Part shown: piece by piece, positions 10,554-18,945 of the stretch | Layout: every line of letters starts with the position of its first letter | Numbering within the stretch: the stretch's first letter is position 1 | Origin: Candidatus Latescibacterota bacterium | GTDB lineage: Bacteria; Latescibacterota; UBA2968 | Direction: 5' to 3' | Assembly: GCA_965207885.1 (NCBI GenBank) | Contig: OZ242311.1 | Coordinates: forward strand, 4,000,001-4,064,000 | DNA length: 64,000 bases | Notes under the pieces: generated by a model | What the model was told of the DNA's origin: nothing | Seen by the model: only the letters and a program-made list of their open reading frames with translations | Databases searched by the model: none | Position numbers and translations under genes: made by a program

Positions 10554-10961
10554 CGCTCCTGCCGCGGCTTGTGTGGCTCGAATATGGGTTGCATCCATCA
10601 TCCAGGTCGCATAATCTAAAAGACCATCTTCACCCAATTTGAGATGTAGCTTTTCTACAATGCGATCAAAGGTGCCATCCTGTTTCCATTTGCAGAATCG
10701 GTCAAAGGCTGTCTGCCAAGGACCATATCGTTCTGGCAGGTCGCGCCAAGCTGCACCTGAACACAATATCCAGAAGATCCCGTTGAATAATGTACGATCA
10801 TCCCGACGGGGACGACCCATCTTCTTCGGCGGTGGGAACAGGTCTTGGATCAGATGCCAAGCCTCGTCGCGCAGTTCATATCTCCGTTGCATATCATACT
10901 CCTTGGTTTAGGGCGTATGCTGCAACTAAAATACATACTTTACGACTTTTCAGACACTACC
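10025..10961 (-). mobile_element. IS5 family insertion sequence (IS427-like), 937 bp
   Basis: Perfect 17-bp terminal inverted repeats (GGTAGTGTCTGAAAAGT at 10025, ACTTTTCAGACACTACC ending 10961). TA on both flanks. Two-ORF transposase. Confidence 0.92.
10530..10892 (-). CDS. IS5 transposase OrfA (N-terminal part)
   Basis: GRPRRDDRTLFNGIFWILCSGAAWRDLPERYGPW (DUF4096-type) and first catalytic MDAT. Confidence 0.9.
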   Translation of the reverse strand: MQRRYELRDEAWHLIQDLFPPPKKMGRPRRDDRTLFNGIFWILCSGAAWRDLPERYGPWQTAFDRFCKWKQDGTFDRIVEKLHLKLGEDGLLDYATWMMDATHIRATQAAAGAKKKGQKG

Positions 10962-10965
10962 TAAC

Positions 10966-10981
10966 TGCAACTCTTGTGCCA
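10966..10981 (-). promoter_or_regulatory. Sigma54 (RpoN) -24/-12 promoter
   Basis: Minus strand TGGCAC-AAGAG-TTGCA exactly matches TGGCAC-N5-TTGCW. Confidence 0.75.
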
Positions 10982-11037
10982 GATGGACTCAAATTGATAT
11001 AAAAAACTATAACAGCATTATTTTTAATACGTTACAA

Positions 11038-11059
11038 AAATTTTCAGGCCTGAAAATTT
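11038..11059. promoter_or_regulatory. Perfect 22-bp palindrome, candidate activator binding site
   Basis: AAATTTTCAGGCCTGAAAATTT, about 57-78 bp upstream of the sigma54 -24 box. Confidence 0.5.
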
Positions 11060-11139
11060 CAAAAATAAATGTGGTAAAAATTCACACTGTGCGTCAATAC
11101 CTCACAGTCGCGAAATACAATATCGCATTTTACGCCAGC

Positions 11140-11174
11140 AAAAAGGGCTTGTATCCAAGCGACACAAGCCCTTT
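11140..11174 (-). terminator. Terminator of tRNA-Thr
   Basis: AAAGGGCTTGT...ACAAGCCCTTT stem with a T tract on the minus strand. Confidence 0.7.
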
Positions 11175-11179
11175 CTTTA

Positions 11180-11255
11180 TGGAGCCATCCAGCGGATTCG
11201 AACCGCCGACCGCCTGATTACGAATCAGGTGCTCTACCAGCTGAGCTAGGATGGC
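11180..11255 (-). tRNA. tRNA-Thr (anticodon CGT)
   Basis: Minus strand GCCATCCTAGCTCAGCTGGTAGAGCACCTGATTCGTAATCAGGCGGTCGGCGGTTCGAATCCGCTGGATGGCTCCA: cloverleaf, TTCGAAT T-loop and encoded CCA. Confidence 0.97.
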
Positions 11256-11311
11256 TCTAAACTATTGGAAAATAGGATTTTAAAAAATATAACCCTCATC
11301 TCAGAAGGAAA

Positions 11312-11340
11312 AAAATACACAAAGCTCTAAAAACTGTCAA
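11312..11340 (-). promoter_or_regulatory. Putative sigma70 promoter of tRNA-Thr
   Basis: TTGACA-N17-TATTTT. The same pattern occurs at 21750-21778. Confidence 0.5.
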
Positions 11341-11364
11341 GAAGGAAACAAAAAGGAGGTACCA

Positions 11365-12147
11365 ATGAAATTTGTCGTCGCTGTCGATTGCGAAGGCGTA
11401 GCCTGTGGCGTGGGATCACCGGGCGCGTCCCTGAACTCTTCTCGAAATTTAGAGTTCGCCAAATTACAGGCCACGCGAGAAGCGGATGCGGCTGTCCGCG
11501 GATTATTTGCAGCCGGTGCAGAACAGGTAATTGTATGGGATAATCACGGCGGGAGCTTGAATCTGAATTACGACCTCCTGGACGAGCGGTGTGATATCGC
11601 GCTTGGCGTGGGATTTGAACACCGATTTCCCGGCATGGACGAATCATTTGATGGCGTAGCGTTTGTCGGCTATCACGCCATGGACAATACAGTTGATGGC
11701 GTGATGTGTCATACCTTCAGTTCCGCAACATATCAATGGATCAAGATCAACGGACGAGAAGTGGGAGAGATGGCCATAGACGCGGCTGTTGCGGGAGAGC
11801 GAGGGGTGCCCGTCATTTTTGCCTCGAGTGACGACAAGGGAACCGCGGAAGCCGAGTGTTTTTTCCCCGGCGTTGTCACAGTCACAACCAAACAAGGGAT
11901 GGGATGGAATTGCGCGGTAAGCAAACACCCCAAACGGGTGGTAAATGAAATCTATGAAACGATCCAGAACGCCGTAGCCAAACGCAATGCCATAAAACCC
12001 TTTGCATTTTCATCTCCCCTGGCAATGGAAGTGCGCTATAAAAGGTTCGAAGCCGCGCAGTCGGCCAGCCGCGGATTTTCCGGCGCAGAGCGCGTTGATC
12101 CCTATACTGTGAGGCGAACGCTGCAATCCATCCAGGATTATTATTGA
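11365..12147 (+). CDS. M55 family D-aminopeptidase (DppA-like)
   Basis: VDCEG, DNHG, VGYHA, HT and INGREVGE motifs. Confidence 0.88.
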   Translation: MKFVVAVDCEGVACGVGSPGASLNSSRNLEFAKLQATREADAAVRGLFAAGAEQVIVWDNHGGSLNLNYDLLDERCDIALGVGFEHRFPGMDESFDGVAFVGYHAMDNTVDGVMCHTFSSATYQWIKINGREVGEMAIDAAVAGERGVPVIFASSDDKGTAEAECFFPGVVTVTTKQGMGWNCAVSKHPKRVVNEIYETIQNAVAKRNAIKPFAFSSPLAMEVRYKRFEAAQSASRGFSGAERVDPYTVRRTLQSIQDYY

Positions 12148-12151
12148 AAAT

Positions 12152-13636
12152 ATGCAAACAGGAGAAAAAATGAAAATTCTACTCGCAGCCTTCAAACAAG
12201 AAACATCCAGCTTTAATCCCGCGCGCACGCCCTACGATATGTTCGACGTGATGTTTGGCGATGAATTACTCGCACTGCGGGGCAGCAATACCGAAATCGC
12301 TGGTGCGCTCGACATCTTTGCCGAACGCGAGGACATTGACTTAGTACCCATCTATTCAGCATCATCTGTATCCGGCGGTCCAGTCGCCGACGCGGACCTC
12401 GACAAGCTCATGGAAGAACTGCTCACAGGCATTCGCAACAACGCACCCGCAGACGGAATGCTCATGGTCTTTCACGGCGCAATGGCTGGCGAAACCGAAG
12501 TCGATCCCGAAGGACATGTCCTCACCGAAATCCGCAACATCCTCGGCGATGTGCCCATTGTCACCACCTATGATCTACACGGCATCATCACCGACCGCCT
12601 CATCGAACAATCCGACATTATGGTCCCCTTTCACACGTATCCACACATCGACATGTACGAAACCGGGCAACGGGGAGCGCGCAACCTGCTCACCCTTCTC
12701 GATGGCAATATCAAACCCACCGTCGCGCACATCCCACTGCCCATGCTCGTGCGAGGCGACGAACTCATCACCAAAACAGGACGATTTGGTCAGGCCATCC
12801 GCTGGTGTCAGGAAATAGAAAATTCCGAAGGGGGCCTGGGTAGCGGTGTCTATATCGGCAATCCCTTCACCGATGTACCCGACCTGCGCTCCAACGTCAT
12901 TGTCTTTACCGACAACGATCCCGAACGCGCACAACGCGAAGCCAAACGCATAGCCCAATACATGTGGGACAATCGCGACCATTTCACCGCGCCACTCACT
13001 GCGATTCCAGACGCCATTCGCCTGGCCGAAGAAACTCAGGGTCTCACCGTCTTTTCCGACGCTGCCGATGCCACATCTTCGGGCGCATCTGGCGATAGCA
13101 ACGCCATTCTCAAGGGCCTGTTTGAACACAATTACCAGGGCCGAGCACTCCTGCCCCTTGTCGATCCCCCCGCCGTTGAAGCGGCCTTTCGTGCAGGTGT
13201 GGGTGCCACCATAACCATTCCCATTGGCGGTGCCATAGACAAAGCGCGTTATTCCCCCCTCGAATGCGAAGTCTATATCCAACTGCTCACCGATGGGGCA
13301 TATATCGCAGGCACGGGCACATCGGGACATGCGGGCAACACGGCTGTTCTCCAGGCCGGGACTTACAGCATCATGGCGACCACGCGCCCGGTAAGCATCA
13401 TGGATCGCAAAGTCTTTGAAGCACGCGGCCTCGACCCGCGAGACTTTGATCTGGTCGTGTGCAAATCCCCTAACGGTTTTCGGGTTCACTTCGAAGAAAT
13501 AGCCGCCCGAATCGTACCTGTTGACGCGCCCGGCTCCACCAGTGCCGACTTAAAATCTCTGCCCTTTACCCAATGCCAACGCCCCATATTTCCACTGGAC
13601 GATGGCGTGCAACCGCCACGAGAAATAGACGGATAA
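12152..13636 (+). CDS. M81 family metallopeptidase (MlrC-like)
   Basis: QETSSF, HGAM, DLHG, TYPHID, DAAD..G..GD and VCKS motifs. Start may be at 12170. Confidence 0.88.
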   Translation: MQTGEKMKILLAAFKQETSSFNPARTPYDMFDVMFGDELLALRGSNTEIAGALDIFAEREDIDLVPIYSASSVSGGPVADADLDKLMEELLTGIRNNAPADGMLMVFHGAMAGETEVDPEGHVLTEIRNILGDVPIVTTYDLHGIITDRLIEQSDIMVPFHTYPHIDMYETGQRGARNLLTLLDGNIKPTVAHIPLPMLVRGDELITKTGRFGQAIRWCQEIENSEGGLGSGVYIGNPFTDVPDLRSNVIVFTDNDPERAQREAKRIAQYMWDNRDHFTAPLTAIPDAIRLAEETQGLTVFSDAADATSSGASGDSNAILKGLFEHNYQGRALLPLVDPPAVEAAFRAGVGATITIPIGGAIDKARYSPLECEVYIQLLTDGAYIAGTGTSGHAGNTAVLQAGTYSIMATTRPVSIMDRKVFEARGLDPRDFDLVVCKSPNGFRVHFEEIAARIVPVDAPGSTSADLKSLPFTQCQRPIFPLDDGVQPPREIDG

Positions 13637-13637
13637 T

Positions 13638-14708
13638 ATGACTCACCTGCTATGCCAAAGCTGTGGAAAAACCCATAGAGCCAACACCTTGCAGTGGCAC
13701 TGCGCCTGCGGAGGCCTCTTTGACCTCCACTTTGAAGCCGAGCTTTTCGTTGACGCACTGCCTCACCGCCCCCCCACCCTGTGGCGCTATCGCGAAGCCA
13801 TTCCCATCGCAGACGACACCCATATCGTCACCCTCGATGAAGGATTCACGCCGTTGACACCCATAACCATCGCTGGCAAATCTCTCCTCGTCAAACAGGA
13901 CCACCTGTTTCCATCCGGCTCGTACAAAGACCGCGGCGCAACTGTTTTAATCAGCCATGCAAAAGCACTGGACATTCACCACATGGTCGAAGACTCGTCG
14001 GGCAACGCAGGCGCGGCTGTCGCGGCTTATGCAGCGCGTGCGGGAATCGCCTGTGACATCTACGTTCCCGACAGCACATCAGCGGCAAAACTCGCGCAAA
14101 TCCAGAGCTATGGCGCAAACCTGTACAAAATCCCGGGATCGCGGGAAGACACCGCGCATGCGGTTCAAGACGCGGCACAAAAACACTTTTATGCAAGCCA
14201 TGTCTGGAGTCCCTTCTTCTTTCACGGCACCAAAACTTATGCCTATGAAATCTGGGAACAACGCAATTTTAGCGCGCCAGATACACTCATCATACCAACG
14301 GGAAATGGAACATTGCTAATCGGTGCTTACATCGGATTCACGGACCTTCTCAAACAAAATTTGATCACCCACCTGCCCAAACTCATCGCCGTGCAATCCG
14401 CCCATTGCGCCCCTCTCACACCCACCTGGACAGACAATCCCTCCGCAACCATCGCCGAAGGCATCGCCATTGCAGAACCCGCCCGCGCAGCGCAGATCGT
14501 CCAGTGCATTGATAAAACAGGGGGCGCCATCCTCACCGTTGACGACCGCGAAACGCGCAATGCCCAAAAACGAATGGCCGAAATGGGCTTTTACATCGAA
14601 CCCACCTCGGCCACAGCCATTGCAGCTTATGTAAAATACCCATCTCAAAAAGACGAAATCGTCGTCGCTCCCCTCACGGGACACGGTCTAAAATCTTTGG
14701 GGAAGTAG
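13638..14708 (+). CDS. Threonine synthase-like PLP enzyme with N-terminal Zn ribbon
   Basis: CxxC...CxC, PSGSYKDRG (PLP Lys), SSGNAG, EPTSA and LTGHGLK. Confidence 0.85.
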   Translation: MTHLLCQSCGKTHRANTLQWHCACGGLFDLHFEAELFVDALPHRPPTLWRYREAIPIADDTHIVTLDEGFTPLTPITIAGKSLLVKQDHLFPSGSYKDRGATVLISHAKALDIHHMVEDSSGNAGAAVAAYAARAGIACDIYVPDSTSAAKLAQIQSYGANLYKIPGSREDTAHAVQDAAQKHFYASHVWSPFFFHGTKTYAYEIWEQRNFSAPDTLIIPTGNGTLLIGAYIGFTDLLKQNLITHLPKLIAVQSAHCAPLTPTWTDNPSATIAEGIAIAEPARAAQIVQCIDKTGGAILTVDDRETRNAQKRMAEMGFYIEPTSATAIAAYVKYPSQKDEIVVAPLTGHGLKSLGK

Positions 14709-14724
14709 AGGATAAAGATCGGTC

Positions 14725-16677
14725 TCATGGATAGCAGCTAACAAAGATGAGGAAATCGGCAAAATTAATGGTACCATCGCCATTCAAGTCCATGCGACCG
14801 TCAAAGCCTTCGTCTGATAAACTTTTCCCATAAACCGCAACAAATAACAAAAAGTCGTCAAAATTCACCGCCCCATCGCCATTAAAATCGCACGGATTAT
14901 GAGGCGTATTATTCTTGCTATTATTCGCCAGGATCACCTGATTCAGTATCTCGATACCATTGCCCTCCAGACCGACCACGGAATGTTGAATTTTACAATT
15001 TTTCAAGGTCGCGGTGCCGTAATTGCGGATGCCATACCAATCACCGGCTTTTGGTCGAGATGAATGCTCAGTTATTTGACCTTCAAATGCGATTTGCTGC
15101 CCTCCTGACGCATCGGCATTTATCGTTCCGTAGTTCACAATATCGACTCGCGAGATATCCTCTATACCGTGAATATCTATATTGGGATACGCGCGGATCA
15201 CCGTTCCCGCCTCAATCGTCAAGGTCGCGCCAGGATACACCACAATATCACCCATGAGGTCAATGGTATCTCGCCAGGTAACCGCTTGAAGAATAGGGTA
15301 GTGGTGAAACTCGGTATGAGGAATCTTTTTACTGTCATAACTGCCGGTTTCAAATTTATTCCAGTTGCTTTTGTGAAACGGTCCCTCAGGAGATTTATTT
15401 TGGACAATCGCAGTTATCGGTAGCCAATCCAAAGGCGAATCCACTTCGAGTTCGCCCCATCTTACTTCGGCCCCCAACCAACTCATGTCTGCTGACAACC
15501 CCATATTATGGGCGTTATTTCTATCGGGCGTGGGCAAAAGCACCAAATCATAATATTGTGCGAGATCGGGATTTGTGTTCTCATCAACCACAGTACTCAA
15601 GACAATCCCACGGTTTGTCAGATGTTCCGTAAGATCAATAAACCATACTCTTCGAGGATAATCACCACCGGTTGGAAAACTGCCATGGGACCCCGCCCCG
15701 ATATAAACGACGGGGTGGCTACCACCTTCTGCGGGTGCGAATTCTTTCTGAGGATTGAATTTTCTGCCGCCCTTTTTTATATAACTTAACCTGTCACCGT
15801 GAAACGAGTAATTCACGCCAAAAAGCTCCGCCTTAGCGGTATCTCGATCTGTTATAATGACATCAATGAACGACCAATCCCCTTCATGGTTATTTTTCCA
15901 ATCATTAAAAGGATAAAAGTAATAATACCGTATTGTAAATTTGTCATGATATGCGGGAACGCTGCTCTCAATCTGAAAAATATGCGCGTATGCTGTATTC
16001 TTAAAATGCTTTCCAGCGCGAGGGTGAGTAGTATTTTCATAATAATGATACCAGTTTTCCGTGTCAGAGCCTTTTTCCTTATTGCCGGGATAGTCAAAAT
16101 GTGGATCAAAAAAAAGAGCCGAATCTACCTGTGCTATTTGTGCTATCTCTATAGAACTTATCTTTGTAGAACCTTTCTGTATAGGATCTATTTGGATTGC
16201 TGTCTGTACAGGACCTGCTTGGACAGAACGGGTTTCCAACACTTTTAAGACGTCTAACAATATCGTATCCCGATAAATGAATTCTTTGGGTAAAAAAGCA
16301 AATTCATTTTTTGAAAAATCGACTTTGGGAAGCACATTGAATTTGGGAAACGCTTTTATTACATCTGAATATTTGTAATTTCCGATATCCCCTTGATCGT
16401 ATTTCCCTTCCGTTGTTCGGCCATAGACTTTCACTGAAAACCAAAGGCTATAAGCGGATTTCGCGCCCATGATTTCTACGGGTTCGGGGAATATTACTTT
16501 GCGACCTGGGTTCTCTGGTTCTTCTGCCAAAATCAAAATTGGAGAAAATTTCTCGGCGAGCAATTCGTCTTGCGTTTTGCTATCGGCAAGACTCGAAAAT
16601 ACAAAGATCAATATCGTCGCTATCCCTATCCCGTGAGCCCCATCACGGAACAAGTTTTGTACAAATTTTAAATCCAT
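14725..16677 (-). CDS. Secreted protein with Vps62/NPP1-like HEGDW domain, short beta-helix-like region and C-terminal dockerin/EF-hand pair
   Basis: Signal-like N-terminus, YYYFYPFNDWKNNHEGDW, HPVVYIGAGSHG, and DFNGDGAVNFDDF...DLNGDGTINFADF. AT-richer than its flanks. Confidence 0.65.
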   Translation of the reverse strand: MDLKFVQNLFRDGAHGIGIATILIFVFSSLADSKTQDELLAEKFSPILILAEEPENPGRKVIFPEPVEIMGAKSAYSLWFSVKVYGRTTEGKYDQGDIGNYKYSDVIKAFPKFNVLPKVDFSKNEFAFLPKEFIYRDTILLDVLKVLETRSVQAGPVQTAIQIDPIQKGSTKISSIEIAQIAQVDSALFFDPHFDYPGNKEKGSDTENWYHYYENTTHPRAGKHFKNTAYAHIFQIESSVPAYHDKFTIRYYYFYPFNDWKNNHEGDWSFIDVIITDRDTAKAELFGVNYSFHGDRLSYIKKGGRKFNPQKEFAPAEGGSHPVVYIGAGSHGSFPTGGDYPRRVWFIDLTEHLTNRGIVLSTVVDENTNPDLAQYYDLVLLPTPDRNNAHNMGLSADMSWLGAEVRWGELEVDSPLDWLPITAIVQNKSPEGPFHKSNWNKFETGSYDSKKIPHTEFHHYPILQAVTWRDTIDLMGDIVVYPGATLTIEAGTVIRAYPNIDIHGIEDISRVDIVNYGTINADASGGQQIAFEGQITEHSSRPKAGDWYGIRNYGTATLKNCKIQHSVVGLEGNGIEILNQVILANNSKNNTPHNPCDFNGDGAVNFDDFLLFVAVYGKSLSDEGFDGRMDLNGDGTINFADFLIFVSCYP

Positions 16678-16713
16678 AATTCCATCTAAAAAATTACCAG
16701 GGCGGATAAGCCC

Positions 16714-18105
16714 CTACACCCGCCAGGAAATTTTCTCCCAATCCTCATCCTCGCATTGTTGCACGTATTCCCGCACGATCCGCAACGCGTTTTCGGGACT
16801 GCCCGAGCGATCCATATCCACCCAATTTATCGCATCGCGTTTTGCGACCATCCAGCTTTTCAAAATTTCAAAAGAATCACCCGTTTCAAGGTCTGATTCC
16901 AATTCCGCGAAAAAGTAGAACTCGTGCAGCGTACGCTCTACCGCCTCCCAATCGTACAGATCTTTGCGCGCTCGCACCTGGGCAAAAGACATGCTATCCA
17001 CAACACAAAACAACTCAACGCATTCCTGCTCAGCCGATGGCAAAATCAGCACTATATTTTTTAAATTACCCAATTCTACATCGCGCTTGTGTACATCGAG
17101 CTGCGTATTAAACTCTGGCTGGCACAGCGCAATTAATTTTGACTCGAGCAGGAGCGCCTCAAGCTCAGAACCAACCGTCTCGACCTCCATGGACCATATC
17201 CGATTCAAAATCTGCTGCGTCTTTTCTGGTCGCTCCGATCTTCTGGCAAAATAACTGCCCACGCGCCTTCGCAGATTCACCGCCTTGCCCACATAAATCA
17301 CGCCACCCTCGCGATCCCGCATAATATAAACCCCGGGCAACTCGGGCAACGAACTCAAAAATGCCTCGTCAAAAGCATACGCATCAAAATGTATTGGAAT
17401 GGGATCCGGGTACAACGCGGCGGTCACAGCTTCAATAGTATTAAGACCCACCCCTTCACACCTTTCCAAAAGATGCAACAAAATATCGGCCTGCAAACTC
17501 GCCTCTCCTTCAGCCCCGCGATCCGACACAAAAGACATCCCCATAGCAGAAGCCAGATCCTCGACAGAATGCAACCGCACATCGGGAAAGAAATGTCGCC
17601 CCAAACGAAACAGGCAAATCCCGGAATCTACGACATCTTTATCCATCATTAAACGACTCAGCCTGTTCAAATCTCTCCGCATTCTGGACCACTGAAATCC
17701 CGCGGGAATCGCATCTCTCACTCCTTCGGCATAAGAATCCAAAATTCCCTCCCGATCACCCCTGCGAACCTGAACCGGGGGAAACAGCGTCTCGCGCGCC
17801 CCCATCTGCACCTTGCGCCCCGCGAGTGCGTAAACCTCCGCATCCGCAGATGGAATCAGCCCAAAACAAAAAAAAGAAACCTCCCGCAGGGTCTTACCCT
17901 GTCCCGGAGGTCTTAAATACCACATCCCACTGCGGTCGCATACAAACCTGGGATCATCATCAATAGCCGCGCGCACCACCTTATCCGCTATGGAACCGTG
18001 TGCGCCGTGTAACCCCAGAGCCTCATAAGCCAGCACATCTGCGTGTACACCCGTATCGCGCTGCTCTAAAAAAGCGTAGATGCGATCCCTAACGGTCTGG
18101 TTCAC
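16714..18105 (-). CDS. GIY-YIG (UvrC/Cho-like) nuclease fused to a degenerate DnaQ-like domain
   Basis: LPELPGVYIMRD...IYVGKAVNLRRRVGSYF...SELEALLLE...PEFN. Confidence 0.8.
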   Translation of the reverse strand: MNQTVRDRIYAFLEQRDTGVHADVLAYEALGLHGAHGSIADKVVRAAIDDDPRFVCDRSGMWYLRPPGQGKTLREVSFFCFGLIPSADAEVYALAGRKVQMGARETLFPPVQVRRGDREGILDSYAEGVRDAIPAGFQWSRMRRDLNRLSRLMMDKDVVDSGICLFRLGRHFFPDVRLHSVEDLASAMGMSFVSDRGAEGEASLQADILLHLLERCEGVGLNTIEAVTAALYPDPIPIHFDAYAFDEAFLSSLPELPGVYIMRDREGGVIYVGKAVNLRRRVGSYFARRSERPEKTQQILNRIWSMEVETVGSELEALLLESKLIALCQPEFNTQLDVHKRDVELGNLKNIVLILPSAEQECVELFCVVDSMSFAQVRARKDLYDWEAVERTLHEFYFFAELESDLETGDSFEILKSWMVAKRDAINWVDMDRSGSPENALRIVREYVQQCEDEDWEKISWRV

Positions 18106-18113
18106 AGTTTATC

Positions 18114-18941
18114 CTATCGAGATTTGCGTGCAATCGCACACAGCCATTCGCCATCGTCGAGCATCTCATCAAGCACCAGATTGGCTCTGTCCAGCACCGC
18201 ACAAAACGCCTCGTGCTCGCGATCCAAAATCCCCCCCAAAATCGCGTATCCTTCGGGATGCAGACGCTTTGCCAATTCTGGAACCATAGGCAATAAAATA
18301 CTGCTGATCATATTTGCAACCACCACATCAAAAATCCCCGATACCTTATCGACAGAACACTGCATCAAAACCACCTGTGCATCCACATCATTCAAAACAC
18401 AGTTGGCCCGGGCATTCTCAATCGCAGACGCCTCAATATCCACCGCCATGGCCTCTGCCGCGCCCAACTTCACAGCCGCAATACTCAAAATTCCCGATCC
18501 CGTACCAACATCCAGCACCCGATCCCCTGATGTTATCTTCTTCTCTAAACCCAAAAGTGCCAGGCGCGTCGTCTCATGGTGCCCGGTGCCAAACGCCATT
18601 TGAGGATCAATCGCGATAGTAAAACCACCCGGGGGATCGGACACCCTGTTCCACGGTGGACAAATTGCCATGCGAGGGGAGGGATAAACCGGTCGAAAAA
18701 AAGAACGCCACGACAGTGTCCAATCCGTATCGGGCACAGGTTCAAAGCGGCATTTACAGGGCACGAGAGCCTGTTCTATCTCCGCTTTATTTTCTGCCGC
18801 CTCAAAATACGCCGTCAGCCGAACCCCATCGCTTATATCCTCTTCCACCACACCACAACAGCCCAGCTCGAACAACTGGGCAGACACAACTTCAACCTTT
18901 GCCCGCGGAAGCACCACAGATACTTGAAAATAGGTATTCAC
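18114..18941 (-). CDS. prmA: Ribosomal protein L11 methyltransferase
   Basis: IDPQMAFGTGHHETT, LDVGTGSGILSI, VVAN and LGGIL. GTG start at 18941. Confidence 0.92.
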   Translation of the reverse strand: MNTYFQVSVVLPRAKVEVVSAQLFELGCCGVVEEDISDGVRLTAYFEAAENKAEIEQALVPCKCRFEPVPDTDWTLSWRSFFRPVYPSPRMAICPPWNRVSDPPGGFTIAIDPQMAFGTGHHETTRLALLGLEKKITSGDRVLDVGTGSGILSIAAVKLGAAEAMAVDIEASAIENARANCVLNDVDAQVVLMQCSVDKVSGIFDVVVANMISSILLPMVPELAKRLHPEGYAILGGILDREHEAFCAVLDRANLVLDEMLDDGEWLCAIARKSR

Positions 18942-18945
18942 TTTC

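Noticed and set aside
11180-11255. tRNA-Thr as the integration site of an island
   Set aside because: No integrase and no duplicated tRNA 3' end was seen in the window by eye.
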